NCBI GenBank assembly: GCA_022825005.1
Contig: JAJDYU010000016.1
Span: 4,604 to 68,603 of the forward strand
Reading direction: 5' to 3'
DNA from: Acidimicrobiia bacterium
GTDB taxonomy: Bacteria; Actinomycetota; Acidimicrobiia; Acidimicrobiales; Bin134
DNA length: 64,000 nucleotides
Part shown: piece by piece, positions 7,095 through 15,208 of the stretch
How positions within the stretch are numbered: position 1 is the first letter of the stretch
Layout of the letters: every line of letters begins with the position of its first letter
The notes under the pieces: generated by a model
Database searches by the model: none
Seen by the model: only the letters and a program-made list of their open reading frames with translations
What the model was told of the DNA's origin: nothing
Program-made: the position numbers and the translations under genes

Positions 7095-9518
7095 ATGACG
7101 GCAGCGGCCAACCAGGGCACTAGTCGAGCTGGAGGCGGGAGCGCAGGCGAGGGCATCCACATGCAGGCCTCAATACTGGACGGCATCCGGGTGGTGGACT
7201 TCTCCACCGGGGTGCCCGGCCCGTATGTCACCAAGCTCTTGGCCGACGCCGGAGCCGACGTGATCAAGGTGGAGGGGCCCGACGGCGACCCGATGCGCCG
7301 CTGGTCGGCGACACGGGCCGAATTCGAGGGCGACAGCGCGCTGTTCCAGTTGCTCAACGCTTCCAAGCGAGGCGTTGTCGGCCAACCAGGCGATGCGGAG
7401 ATCGAGGAGCTGGTGGCCACCGCCGACGTGGTGGTGGAGTCATTCCCGGCTGGGTCGGGATTGGGTCGGGCCTGGGCCGAGCGCCATCCCCATCTGGTGG
7501 TGCTTTCAGTGACGCCCTATGGACAGGACGGGCCGCTGGTTTCCCATCCATCAACCGAATACACCGTGCAGGCCCAGTGCGGGGCCATCGCCTGTCGGGG
7601 GCGGCCCGACCAGCCCCCGATCCACGCGGGAGGGGGCATCGCGGATTGGACCGCCGGAGCCTACGCCGGACCTGCGGTGCTTTCCGCGCTCCTGCGGGCC
7701 CGGCGCACCGGGCGGGGCGAGCACATCGACCTGGCGGTAGCCGACGTGATGGGCATCGCCGCCACCACGTTCAGCGACCTGGCCCACTCAATGCGGGGCG
7801 GCGGCCACGACTTCGACCGAGTGGCCCGGTCGGTGGAGGCACCCTCCATCGAGCCCGCTCTCGACGGGTGGGTGGGGTTCAACACCAACACCGCGCTGCA
7901 ATACCAGGGCTTCGTGCTGATGATCGAGCGCCCCGACCTGATCGACACCGAGTGGAGCCAGATCGGGGAGAGGGCCGGCCGCCTCGACGAGTGGAATGCC
8001 ATGGTCCACCCCTGGACATCCCGCCACACCGTGGCGGAGATCATCAAGGCAGCGTCTGAACTGCGGGTGCCGGTGGCCGAGGTGAACGACGGTCGCAGCG
8101 TGCTCGACAACGAGCAGTTCGCGGCCCGTGGGGTGTTTGTGCGCAACCCCGGCGGATTCCTCCAGCCCCGGCCGCCCTATCTGATGGACGACGGCGGCGA
8201 GCGACGGCCGGCCACGCCCGCTCCCGCGTTGGGCGAGCACACCGGCACGATCGAAGCCCGCCCTCGGCCTGAAGCTTCGTCTGCGGGGGCCGATCCCGAC
8301 CTGCCGCTGGCCGGGATCAGGGTGGTGGACCTCACCAGCTGGTGGGCCGGGCCTTCGGCCACCGGCACGCTGGCCATGCTGGGGGCCGATGTGCTCCACA
8401 TCGAGTCCACCGGCCATCCCGACGGCATGCGGATGACCGGGTTCATGTTCGGCACCGAGGACTGGTGGGAGTGGAGCTCGATGTTCGTGGCCATCAACCA
8501 CAACAAGCGAGGTCTGACGCTCGACTTGGACACCGAAGCGGGCATGGATCTGCTGTGGCGGCTCATCGAGAGCGCCGACGTGGTGATCGAGAACTTCTCC
8601 CCCCGGGTGGTGGAGAAGTGGGGTCTGAGCTGGGAGGCCGTCTCGGCCCGCAACCCCCAGGCGGTGTTCACCCGGATGCCCGCGTTCGGTTTGAGCGGGC
8701 CGTGGCGGGAGCGAGTGGGGTTCGCCCAGACCATGGAGCAGCTCACCGGCATGGCCTGGGTCACCGGCCATACCTACGACCAGCCCCGCATCATGCGGGG
8801 GCCGTGCGACCCCATCGCCGGGATGCACGGCGCCTACGCCGCGATCTTGGGCCTGGCCGTTAGGGAGCGCACCGGACAAGGGGTGTTCGTGGAGTCCACC
8901 ATGGTGGAGGCCGCCCTCAACTGCTCGGCCGAGCAGATCGTGGAGTACACCGCCTACGGCAACGTGTTGGAGCGGGCTGGCAACCGGAGTCCCTATGCCG
9001 CACCCCAGGGCCTGTACCCCTGCCGGGGCCACGAGCAATGGCTGGCGCTGGCCGTGGCCGACGACGATCAGTGGCAGGCCCTGGTGGAGGTGCTCGGGTC
9101 TCCCGATTGGGCCGACCGACCGGAGTACGCCACCGACGCCGGCCGACGGGCGGGCCACGACGCCATCGATGAAGGGCTGTATGCCTGGGCAGCTGAACAG
9201 GACCTCGACGAAGCCGTGGCTCGGCTGGTGGACGCCGGTGTGCCCGCCGCCCCGGCCTGGGATCCCCGGATCCAGCACGAGAATCCCCAGCTTGCCCATC
9301 GGGGGCTGTTCGAGATGGTCGAGCATCCGGCGGTGGGGACCCACCCCATGCCGGGAATGCCCTACCGGTTCGCCTCGGTCGACCGCTGGATCACCTCCCC
9401 GTCGCCCGCCCTGGGCCAGCACAATCACGAGATACTCGGCGAACTGGGCCTGTCAGCCGATGAGATCGCCCAACTGGAAGCCGACGGCGTGATCGGCACC
9501 CGTCCCAAGGGCCTGTGA
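7095..9518 (+). CDS. fused tandem family-III CoA-transferase (two CaiB/BaiF domains in one 807-aa polypeptide)
   Basis: The N-domain begins LDGIRVVDFSTGVPGPYVTKLLADAGADVIKVEGPDGDPMR. The second domain begins LAGIRVVDLTSWWAGPSATGTLAMLGADVLHIESTGHPDGMR after a linker (ARPRPEASSAGADPDLP). Both carry the expected Asp (GGIADWTAG, CDPIAGMHG). The start may be ATG 7161. Confidence 0.85.
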   Translation: MTAAANQGTSRAGGGSAGEGIHMQASILDGIRVVDFSTGVPGPYVTKLLADAGADVIKVEGPDGDPMRRWSATRAEFEGDSALFQLLNASKRGVVGQPGDAEIEELVATADVVVESFPAGSGLGRAWAERHPHLVVLSVTPYGQDGPLVSHPSTEYTVQAQCGAIACRGRPDQPPIHAGGGIADWTAGAYAGPAVLSALLRARRTGRGEHIDLAVADVMGIAATTFSDLAHSMRGGGHDFDRVARSVEAPSIEPALDGWVGFNTNTALQYQGFVLMIERPDLIDTEWSQIGERAGRLDEWNAMVHPWTSRHTVAEIIKAASELRVPVAEVNDGRSVLDNEQFAARGVFVRNPGGFLQPRPPYLMDDGGERRPATPAPALGEHTGTIEARPRPEASSAGADPDLPLAGIRVVDLTSWWAGPSATGTLAMLGADVLHIESTGHPDGMRMTGFMFGTEDWWEWSSMFVAINHNKRGLTLDLDTEAGMDLLWRLIESADVVIENFSPRVVEKWGLSWEAVSARNPQAVFTRMPAFGLSGPWRERVGFAQTMEQLTGMAWVTGHTYDQPRIMRGPCDPIAGMHGAYAAILGLAVRERTGQGVFVESTMVEAALNCSAEQIVEYTAYGNVLERAGNRSPYAAPQGLYPCRGHEQWLALAVADDDQWQALVEVLGSPDWADRPEYATDAGRRAGHDAIDEGLYAWAAEQDLDEAVARLVDAGVPAAPAWDPRIQHENPQLAHRGLFEMVEHPAVGTHPMPGMPYRFASVDRWITSPSPALGQHNHEILGELGLSADEIAQLEADGVIGTRPKGL

Positions 9519-9555
9519 GGCCCTTCGCGAGCTGGCCCAGTGAAAGGATGAAGCC

Positions 9556-10494
9556 ATGAGAGCAGTGCGATGCGTCGACGGCCAGGCCGCGACGGTAGAG
9601 GTAGCCCCCCCGGAAGGCGAGGGGGTGCGCGTCAAGATGGCGTCCGCGGGGGTGTGCGGCTCCGACCTGCACATGCTCGAGCTGGGAATGCTCAACACGT
9701 TCACCATCGGCCACGAATTCGCCGGCTGGCTGGACGACGGCCGTCCGGTGGCCATCGAGCCCATCCACGGCTGCGGCACCTGCGAGCTGTGCCTGGCCGG
9801 CGACTACAACCGCTGCCCAGTAACCCTGACCGATATCGCCGGGATCTCCCGCGACGGGGGAATGGCCGACGAGATTCTCATGTGGCCCGAGGCCATAGTG
9901 CCCTTGCCCTCCGGGGCCGATGCCCGGGACGCCTGCCTGGTCGAGCCCTTGGGCATCGCAGTACACGGCTTCCGCCTGGCCGGACTGCGGGGCGACATGC
10001 GGGTAGCGGTGATCGGTGGGGGTGCCGTGGGCCAAACCGCGTTGGCCGTGGCCAGCCTGGCTGGATGCGAGGTCGCCATGTCGGCCCGCCATGATGCCCA
10101 GAAAGAAGCCGCTCAGCGTCTGGGGGCCGCTCCGCTGACTGATGAGCCCTACGACATCGTGGTGGAGGCCGCAGGTACGGGTTCAGCCTTGGCCGATGCC
10201 GTCAAGAAGTGTCGCCCCGGCGGCAAGATCGTCATCCTCGGCAGCTACTGGGAACCAGTGGAGTTACCCGGCATAGAGATCAGCATGAAGGAGGTCACCC
10301 TGGTGCCCTCCTCAATGTACGGCCGCTACGGCCCTACTCGCGACATGGACGTCGCCGCCGCGGTCCTAGCCCAGCTCCCCGACCTCCCCGACGCCGTCAT
10401 CACCCACCGCTTCCCCCTAGACGCCCCCGCCGAAGCCTTCGCCACCGCCGCCAACCGCGCCTCCGGCGCCATCAAAGTCGTCCTAGAGCCCTAG
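9556..10494 (+). CDS. Zn-dependent alcohol dehydrogenase (MDR superfamily)
   Basis: GVCGSDLH, GHEFAG, the structural-zinc Cys cluster CGTCELCLAGDYNRC, and the Rossmann motif VAVIGGGAVG. Confidence 0.85.
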   Translation: MRAVRCVDGQAATVEVAPPEGEGVRVKMASAGVCGSDLHMLELGMLNTFTIGHEFAGWLDDGRPVAIEPIHGCGTCELCLAGDYNRCPVTLTDIAGISRDGGMADEILMWPEAIVPLPSGADARDACLVEPLGIAVHGFRLAGLRGDMRVAVIGGGAVGQTALAVASLAGCEVAMSARHDAQKEAAQRLGAAPLTDEPYDIVVEAAGTGSALADAVKKCRPGGKIVILGSYWEPVELPGIEISMKEVTLVPSSMYGRYGPTRDMDVAAAVLAQLPDLPDAVITHRFPLDAPAEAFATAANRASGAIKVVLEP

Positions 10495-10539
10495 CTCGTT
10501 TGCCCGGGCAGGTAGGGCGCGCGCTTCCCGGTTGTACCT

Positions 10540-11499
10540 CTATCCGGCTCCTAAGGCGACTCGTCGCTCGATGAGATCGACGTAGGCCGGGTTGAGTTCA
10601 ACGCCTGCCCAGTTGCGGCCGAGTTCTTGGGCGGCGATGAGAGTGGTACCAGAGCCAGCGTAGGGGTCGAGAACGATGTCGCCAGGTCGACTGGTGATTT
10701 GGATGCAGCGGCGAGCGAGCGTCATCGGCATGATCGCGGGTTTTTCATTGAAACCGCTGCCGTTCTTGCTCTGGGGCTCGGTATTGATATCCCACATGGT
10801 TCGGAGTCGGCGACCATTCGGGCCTTTCACCGCCGCAGTGTCGTAGTAGTAGTTCTGGCTCTTGGAAAGCAGGAACACCGTCTCGTGGGACCGAGTCGGT
10901 AGGTCTGTCAGCGACTCAGGGCGTGCGTTGGGTTTGTGCCAGATCACCTCGGATCGCAGCCACCATCCTGCACTTTGGAGGGCGAACGCGAGCCTCCAAG
11001 GAACCCCGATCAGGTTCCTTGGTTTCAGTTCAGCGAGGGCAGGAGGATGCACAGACGTCGCACCAGCACGGATCTTGCAGTCTCGTACTCGGTACCTGTG
11101 ATTAGCGGGGGTATGAGAGTCGACCACGTTCAACCACACGGTGCCGTCATCTGTCAGCACCCGACGAACTTGGTCAAATGCAAGGACGATTCCCCTTACG
11201 TACGACTCCAAGGCATCGTCGCAGCCGATCTGCCCTCCGGCCTCATGGTCCTGAAGCGACCAGGACGGCGGTGACGTGACTACCGTCTGCGCGCATCCAT
11301 CAGGGAGCAATCCCAGGGCTTCGATCGCTGGACCGCACACAAGCACTGTGCCATTCAAGTCATTCAGCGGACCGTCGATGTCGACGTTCAGATGAGTATG
11401 TGGATCTGAATGTCGACTTGATGCACCCGCAGCGTATTCAGGCCGAGGAACAGGGATTTGACGGCCCTCGGCACCCTCGGAGTCGCCTCTAGAACTCAC
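10540..11499 (-). CDS. DNA amino-methyltransferase, beta class (N4-cytosine or N6-adenine), orphan
   Basis: Motif IV variant VVTSPPSW lies N-terminal to AdoMet motif I VLDPYAGSGTT, which is the beta-class order. GTG start. No nuclease-like ORF is adjacent. GC is lower than the flanks by eye. Confidence 0.8.
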   Translation of the reverse strand: MSSRGDSEGAEGRQIPVPRPEYAAGASSRHSDPHTHLNVDIDGPLNDLNGTVLVCGPAIEALGLLPDGCAQTVVTSPPSWSLQDHEAGGQIGCDDALESYVRGIVLAFDQVRRVLTDDGTVWLNVVDSHTPANHRYRVRDCKIRAGATSVHPPALAELKPRNLIGVPWRLAFALQSAGWWLRSEVIWHKPNARPESLTDLPTRSHETVFLLSKSQNYYYDTAAVKGPNGRRLRTMWDINTEPQSKNGSGFNEKPAIMPMTLARRCIQITSRPGDIVLDPYAGSGTTLIAAQELGRNWAGVELNPAYVDLIERRVALGAG

Positions 11500-11589
11500 G
11501 ACACGACCCTACTTCCAGGTAGTGACACATTCGGGGAGCCTGAGGAGTCGTTGAAGAATCATTTTCACAATTGCCGGAGGCCCTAAAGC

Positions 11590-11615
11590 ACTTGCAACTC
11601 ATATGAGTTGCAAGT
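11590..11615. promoter_or_regulatory. perfect 26-bp palindrome, candidate HigA operator overlapping the higB -10
   Basis: The sequence is ACTTGCAACTCAT|ATGAGTTGCAAGT. Its right end abuts TAATTT (11615-11620, TANNNT), 7 nt before the GTG start at 11627, which suggests a leaderless transcript. Confidence 0.6.
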
Positions 11616-11626
11616 AATTTCATCGG

Positions 11627-11977
11627 GTGTGGAAGGTAGAGGTCACGCAACAGTTCGAAGTGTGGTGGAACTCGCTCTCGGACAAGGACCAGGATCGGCT
11701 CCGAGGTGCAGTCGGGGTACTGGCTCAGCGGGGTCCGGGTACGGGGCGGCCGCTCGTCGATACGCTGTCGGGCAGTCGCCACCCGAATATGAAGGAGCTG
11801 CGAGCGGGCACTCTTCGGGTCGTATTCGCTTTCGACCCCTTGCGAAGCGCTGTCCTGCTCCTCGGTGGCAACAAACGGGGTCGATGGAATGTGTGGTACA
11901 AGCAGTCGATCCCCAAGGCAGACGATCTCTATGACGAGCACCTAACCGAACTACGAAACCAAGGACTCATTTCATGA
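11627..11977 (+). CDS. higB: type II toxin, RelE/HigB (Gp49-like) family
   Basis: 116 aa. The block ...MKELRAGTLRVVFAFDPLRSAVLLLGGNKRG...WY...A..LY..H is typical of HigB/Gp49 addiction toxins. The toxin gene lies upstream of the antitoxin (HigBA order), with an ATGA overlap at 11974. Confidence 0.75.
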   Translation: MWKVEVTQQFEVWWNSLSDKDQDRLRGAVGVLAQRGPGTGRPLVDTLSGSRHPNMKELRAGTLRVVFAFDPLRSAVLLLGGNKRGRWNVWYKQSIPKADDLYDEHLTELRNQGLIS

Positions 11978-12375
11978 CGACCAAGAGCTTTGACGAACTT
12001 GCTGCTCCCATTGATGCCGATCCGGTGCGCAGTGCCAGGGCGGATGAGTACGGGCAGAAGGTGGAAGCGAAAATCTTCGCCTTTCAGCTGGCAGAACTGC
12101 GGAGTGAGCTCGGCATCAATCAGGTCGATCTGGCTGAGAGGCTCGGCATCACACAGGGGGGAGTGTCGAGGCTCGAGCGGTCATCTGACCCCAAGCTTTC
12201 CACTTTGTGCAAGCTCACTTCCGCTCTTGGTGGAACGCTCAGCATCGAGATCAGCGTTGGTGACCGTTCAGTCAATTTCACCTACCCATCATCGCCGGAG
12301 CCGTCCTCTCTAGAAGGGCAAGATCATTCGAGAGTTGAGGCGGCCTCGGTTGCTCCTGGGAGCAGGTCTGTATAG
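11974..12375 (+). CDS. higA: XRE-family HTH antitoxin (HigA-like)
   Basis: LRSELGINQVDLAERLGITQGGVSRLERSSDPKLSTLCKLTSALGGTLSIEI is a classic XRE HTH. Coupled to higB. Confidence 0.75.
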   Translation: MTTKSFDELAAPIDADPVRSARADEYGQKVEAKIFAFQLAELRSELGINQVDLAERLGITQGGVSRLERSSDPKLSTLCKLTSALGGTLSIEISVGDRSVNFTYPSSPEPSSLEGQDHSRVEAASVAPGSRSV

Positions 12376-12392
12376 AGGGAAAGCTAGGGTCG

Positions 12393-12872
12393 GTGGCAAT
12401 GGAGCAGCGGGAGGACTTGGCGGGGTTGTCTGGGGCTGAGGTGGTGGCGATGTTGGGATTGGTGCCGTTGCCTGAGGAAGGGGGGATGTGGCGGGAGGTT
12501 TGGCGGGATGAGCAGAGCACGGCGATCTACTTCATGATGCAGCCGGGGGACTTCTCGGCGATGCACCGGCTGGATGGGCCGGAGATTTGGCATCACTACG
12601 CGGGGGCGGCGGTGGGGATGCTGTTGCTAGGGCCGGACGGGTCGGTGAAGCGGCCGGTGTTGGGCGACGACTTGGAGGCGGGGGAGCGGCCTTGTGTGGT
12701 GGTTCCGGCCCATACGTGGATGGGGGCTTCTACTTGGGGGGATTGGTCGCTGGTGGGTACCACGATGGCGCCGCCTTACCACCACGATGGTTTTGAGCTG
12801 GGCGACGCCGACCAGCTTGTTGAGCAGTACCCCTCGGCGGCGGGCGAGATCGCTGAGTTGGTGAGGTCGTGA
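12393..12872 (+). CDS. cupin-fold protein (DUF985-like)
   Basis: LPEEGGMWREVWRD...AIYFMMQPGDFSAMHRLDGPEIWHHYAG...LVGTTMAPPYHHDGFEL matches the DUF985 cupin pattern. Its stop overlaps the next start. Confidence 0.6.
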   Translation: MAMEQREDLAGLSGAEVVAMLGLVPLPEEGGMWREVWRDEQSTAIYFMMQPGDFSAMHRLDGPEIWHHYAGAAVGMLLLGPDGSVKRPVLGDDLEAGERPCVVVPAHTWMGASTWGDWSLVGTTMAPPYHHDGFELGDADQLVEQYPSAAGEIAELVRS

Positions 12873-13624
12873 CCGCATCGCCTGCTGAGATGATCGACCT
12901 CACCGGCAAGGTGGTGGTGGTTACCGGCGCGGGCGGGGGGATCGGCGGGGGGATCGTCAGGCGCATGGCGGCCGCGGGTGCCTCGGTGGTGGCCCATACT
13001 CGGTCGTCGCCGGTTGTGCACAGCGGGGGAGAGATCACTGAGGTGCAGGCCGACCTCACAACCGAAGACGGTCCGGCCGCGGTTGTGGACGTGGCCCGAG
13101 AGCGTCACGGGCGGATCGATGCCTTGGTCAACAACGCCGGGATCCAGCCGGTAGCCCCGTTCACCGATCTCGCCGATCAGCAATGGGCCGAGATGATCGA
13201 CACCAACCTCACTGCGGTACACCGGCTGACCCAAGCGGCCGCGTCGGCCATGAAGGACCAGGGCACCGGGGGTTCCATCGTCCACATTGCCTCTATCGAG
13301 GCCCGCCATCCGACCCCTGTCCACGGTCATTACGCGACATCCAAAGCCGGCCTGGTTATGCACGCCAAGGCGGCCGCGCTGGCGTGGGGCCCCCACGGAA
13401 TCCGGGTCAACTCAGTGTCGCCGGGGCTGATCGACCGCCCCGGTCTGGCCGACGACTGGCCCGAAGGCGTGGAGCGGTGGATGGCCGCGGTTCCGCTCGG
13501 CCGACTGGGTGCCGCCGAAGACGTCGGGGACGCCTGCGTGTTCCTCTGCTCTGATCTGGCCCGGTGGATTACCGGTGCCGATCTGGTGGTTGACGGCGGT
13601 ATCTTGACCAATCCCACTTGGTGA
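12869..13624 (+). CDS. short-chain dehydrogenase/reductase
   Basis: TGAGGGIGGGI, NNAG and YATSKAG motifs. Confidence 0.85.
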   Translation: MTASPAEMIDLTGKVVVVTGAGGGIGGGIVRRMAAAGASVVAHTRSSPVVHSGGEITEVQADLTTEDGPAAVVDVARERHGRIDALVNNAGIQPVAPFTDLADQQWAEMIDTNLTAVHRLTQAAASAMKDQGTGGSIVHIASIEARHPTPVHGHYATSKAGLVMHAKAAALAWGPHGIRVNSVSPGLIDRPGLADDWPEGVERWMAAVPLGRLGAAEDVGDACVFLCSDLARWITGADLVVDGGILTNPTW

Positions 13625-13637
13625 ATGGGAAAGGCCG

Positions 13638-15182
13638 ATGGCAATGACGACCAAGACCATTGGACTGGCGGGAACCGGGGTTATCGGCGCGGGATGGGCC
13701 GTGAGGGTATTGGCTCGGGGCCACGATGTGCTCGCCTGGGATCCCGCTGACAGTGCCGAAGACCGGTTGCGAGCCGCAGTGGAGCGGGCCTGGCCCTCAG
13801 CGGTTCGCTTGGGCGTGTTCCCCGGGGCCGACCCGGCCCGGCTTCAGTGGGCCGATTCTCCCGAAGCGGTGGCCGCTGCCGCCGACTGGGTGCAGGAGAG
13901 CGCCCCTGAGGACGAATCGATCAAACGCCCCCTGCTTCGCCGCCTCGACCAGGCCGCCCGACCCGCCACCGTTATCGCCAGCAGCTCTTCGGGGTTTCTG
14001 CCCACCCGCCTGGCTGAAGGCTGCCGTCACCCGGAGCGCATCCTCATCGGCCACCCATTCAACCCGGTGTATCTGCTGCCACTGGTGGAAGTGGTGGCCG
14101 GAACGGCTACCAGTCCCGAAGCCGTGGCTGCCGCGGTGGAGCACTACGACGATCTCGTCATGCACCCCCTCGTAGTGCGAAACGAGATCGAGGGCTACCT
14201 CTCAGACCGCCTCCAGGAAGCCCTGTGGCGTGAGGTGCTGCACCTGGTGAACGACGGGGTGGCCACCACTGCCGAACTGGACGACGCGGTGGTTTACGGC
14301 CCCGGTCTGCGCTGGGCGGCAATGGGCACCAATCTCACCTTCCACCTCGCCGGAGGAGACGGCGGAATGCGCCATATGCTGAGTCAGTTCGGTCCCTCAT
14401 TGAAGTTGCCGTGGACCCACATGGAGGCACCCGAGCTCACCCCAGAACTGATCGAAGCCATGGCGTCGGGCTGCGAGGTCCAAGCTGCCGAGCGCTCCAT
14501 CGCCGAACTGGAGCGATTGCGCGACGACTGCCTGCTGTCGGTGATGCGGGCGCTGCGCCCCAGCGGGGTCGGCGCCGGGCGATTGATGGCCGAGCGGGAG
14601 GCCCGCATCCTGGCCGCTGGGGTCACAACGGAGCAGTGGGCGCCGGGCACCGACCCGCCTGCCCCGCTGGCGCTGTACTCAGCGGTCGTGGAACCCGATT
14701 GGGTGGACTACAACAACCACATGACCGAGGCCGCTTTCCTCACGGTGTTCGGCTGGGCCTCCGACAGCCTGTTCCGTTATCTGGGAATCGACGAGGCCTA
14801 TCGGGAGGGCGGCCACTCCTTCTACACCGTGGAAACCCATATCAACTATCTGGGCGAAGCCACCCTGGGCGAGCCCCTGCGGGTGTCCACTCAGGTACTG
14901 GGCAGCGATGCCAAACGGCTCCACATCTTCCACTCCATGTATCGGGGAGAGGGCGACGAGCTGCTGTGTACCACCGAGCAGATGCTGTTGCACGTGGATG
15001 CGGAGGTAGGGCGCAGCGCCCCGGTGCTGCCCGGGCCGGCCGCGGCGGCCGCGGCCGTGGCCGCGGCCCATGCCGAACTGCCGTTGCCGCCCCAGGTTGG
15101 CCGCCGTATGCAGATTCCGACGCCGGCCTCGCCGCCCCGGCCCACGGTCGACTCGGCTGGCGCTACGGCGCCCAAGATCTAA
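13638..15182 (+). CDS. L-carnitine-dehydrogenase-like 3-hydroxyacyl dehydrogenase fused to a 4HBT-type thioesterase
   Basis: The N-terminal ~320 aa (GTGVIGAGWA...IGHPFNPVYLLPLVEVV...EALWREVLHLVNDGVATTAELDDAV...GGDGGMRHMLSQFGPSLKLPW...ERLRDDCLL) is collinear with LcdH as I recall it. The C-terminal ~140 aa (VEPDWVDYNNHMTEAAF...YTVETHINYLGEA) is a hotdog/4HBT thioesterase. Confidence 0.75.
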   Translation: MAMTTKTIGLAGTGVIGAGWAVRVLARGHDVLAWDPADSAEDRLRAAVERAWPSAVRLGVFPGADPARLQWADSPEAVAAAADWVQESAPEDESIKRPLLRRLDQAARPATVIASSSSGFLPTRLAEGCRHPERILIGHPFNPVYLLPLVEVVAGTATSPEAVAAAVEHYDDLVMHPLVVRNEIEGYLSDRLQEALWREVLHLVNDGVATTAELDDAVVYGPGLRWAAMGTNLTFHLAGGDGGMRHMLSQFGPSLKLPWTHMEAPELTPELIEAMASGCEVQAAERSIAELERLRDDCLLSVMRALRPSGVGAGRLMAEREARILAAGVTTEQWAPGTDPPAPLALYSAVVEPDWVDYNNHMTEAAFLTVFGWASDSLFRYLGIDEAYREGGHSFYTVETHINYLGEATLGEPLRVSTQVLGSDAKRLHIFHSMYRGEGDELLCTTEQMLLHVDAEVGRSAPVLPGPAAAAAAVAAAHAELPLPPQVGRRMQIPTPASPPRPTVDSAGATAPKI

Positions 15183-15208
15183 TTGGAGCAATAGAGAAGG
15201 AGCAACCA

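Noticed and set aside
7788-9428. 546-aa minus-strand ORF.
   Set aside because: It lies antisense to the fused CoA-transferase, whose two domains are unambiguous. The product is low-complexity (Gly/Pro/His/Arg-rich).
10495-10539. GC-rich imperfect hairpin (gcccgggcag...cttcccgg) between the ADH and MTase 3' ends.
   Set aside because: The stem is only ~5 bp with a long loop. It cannot be called either a terminator or an island border repeat.
11489-11941. 150-aa minus-strand ORF in the MTase-higB spacer and across higB.
   Set aside because: It is antisense to higB and has no SD or family features. It would also destroy the divergent-promoter logic.
14411-15208. Upstream 266 codons of track ORF 14411-16369 (+).
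   Set aside because: It overlaps the carnitine-dehydrogenase::thioesterase gene in another frame and is Arg/Gly/Pro-rich. The ACAD domain begins at the TTG (15209), which is preceded by AAGGAG.
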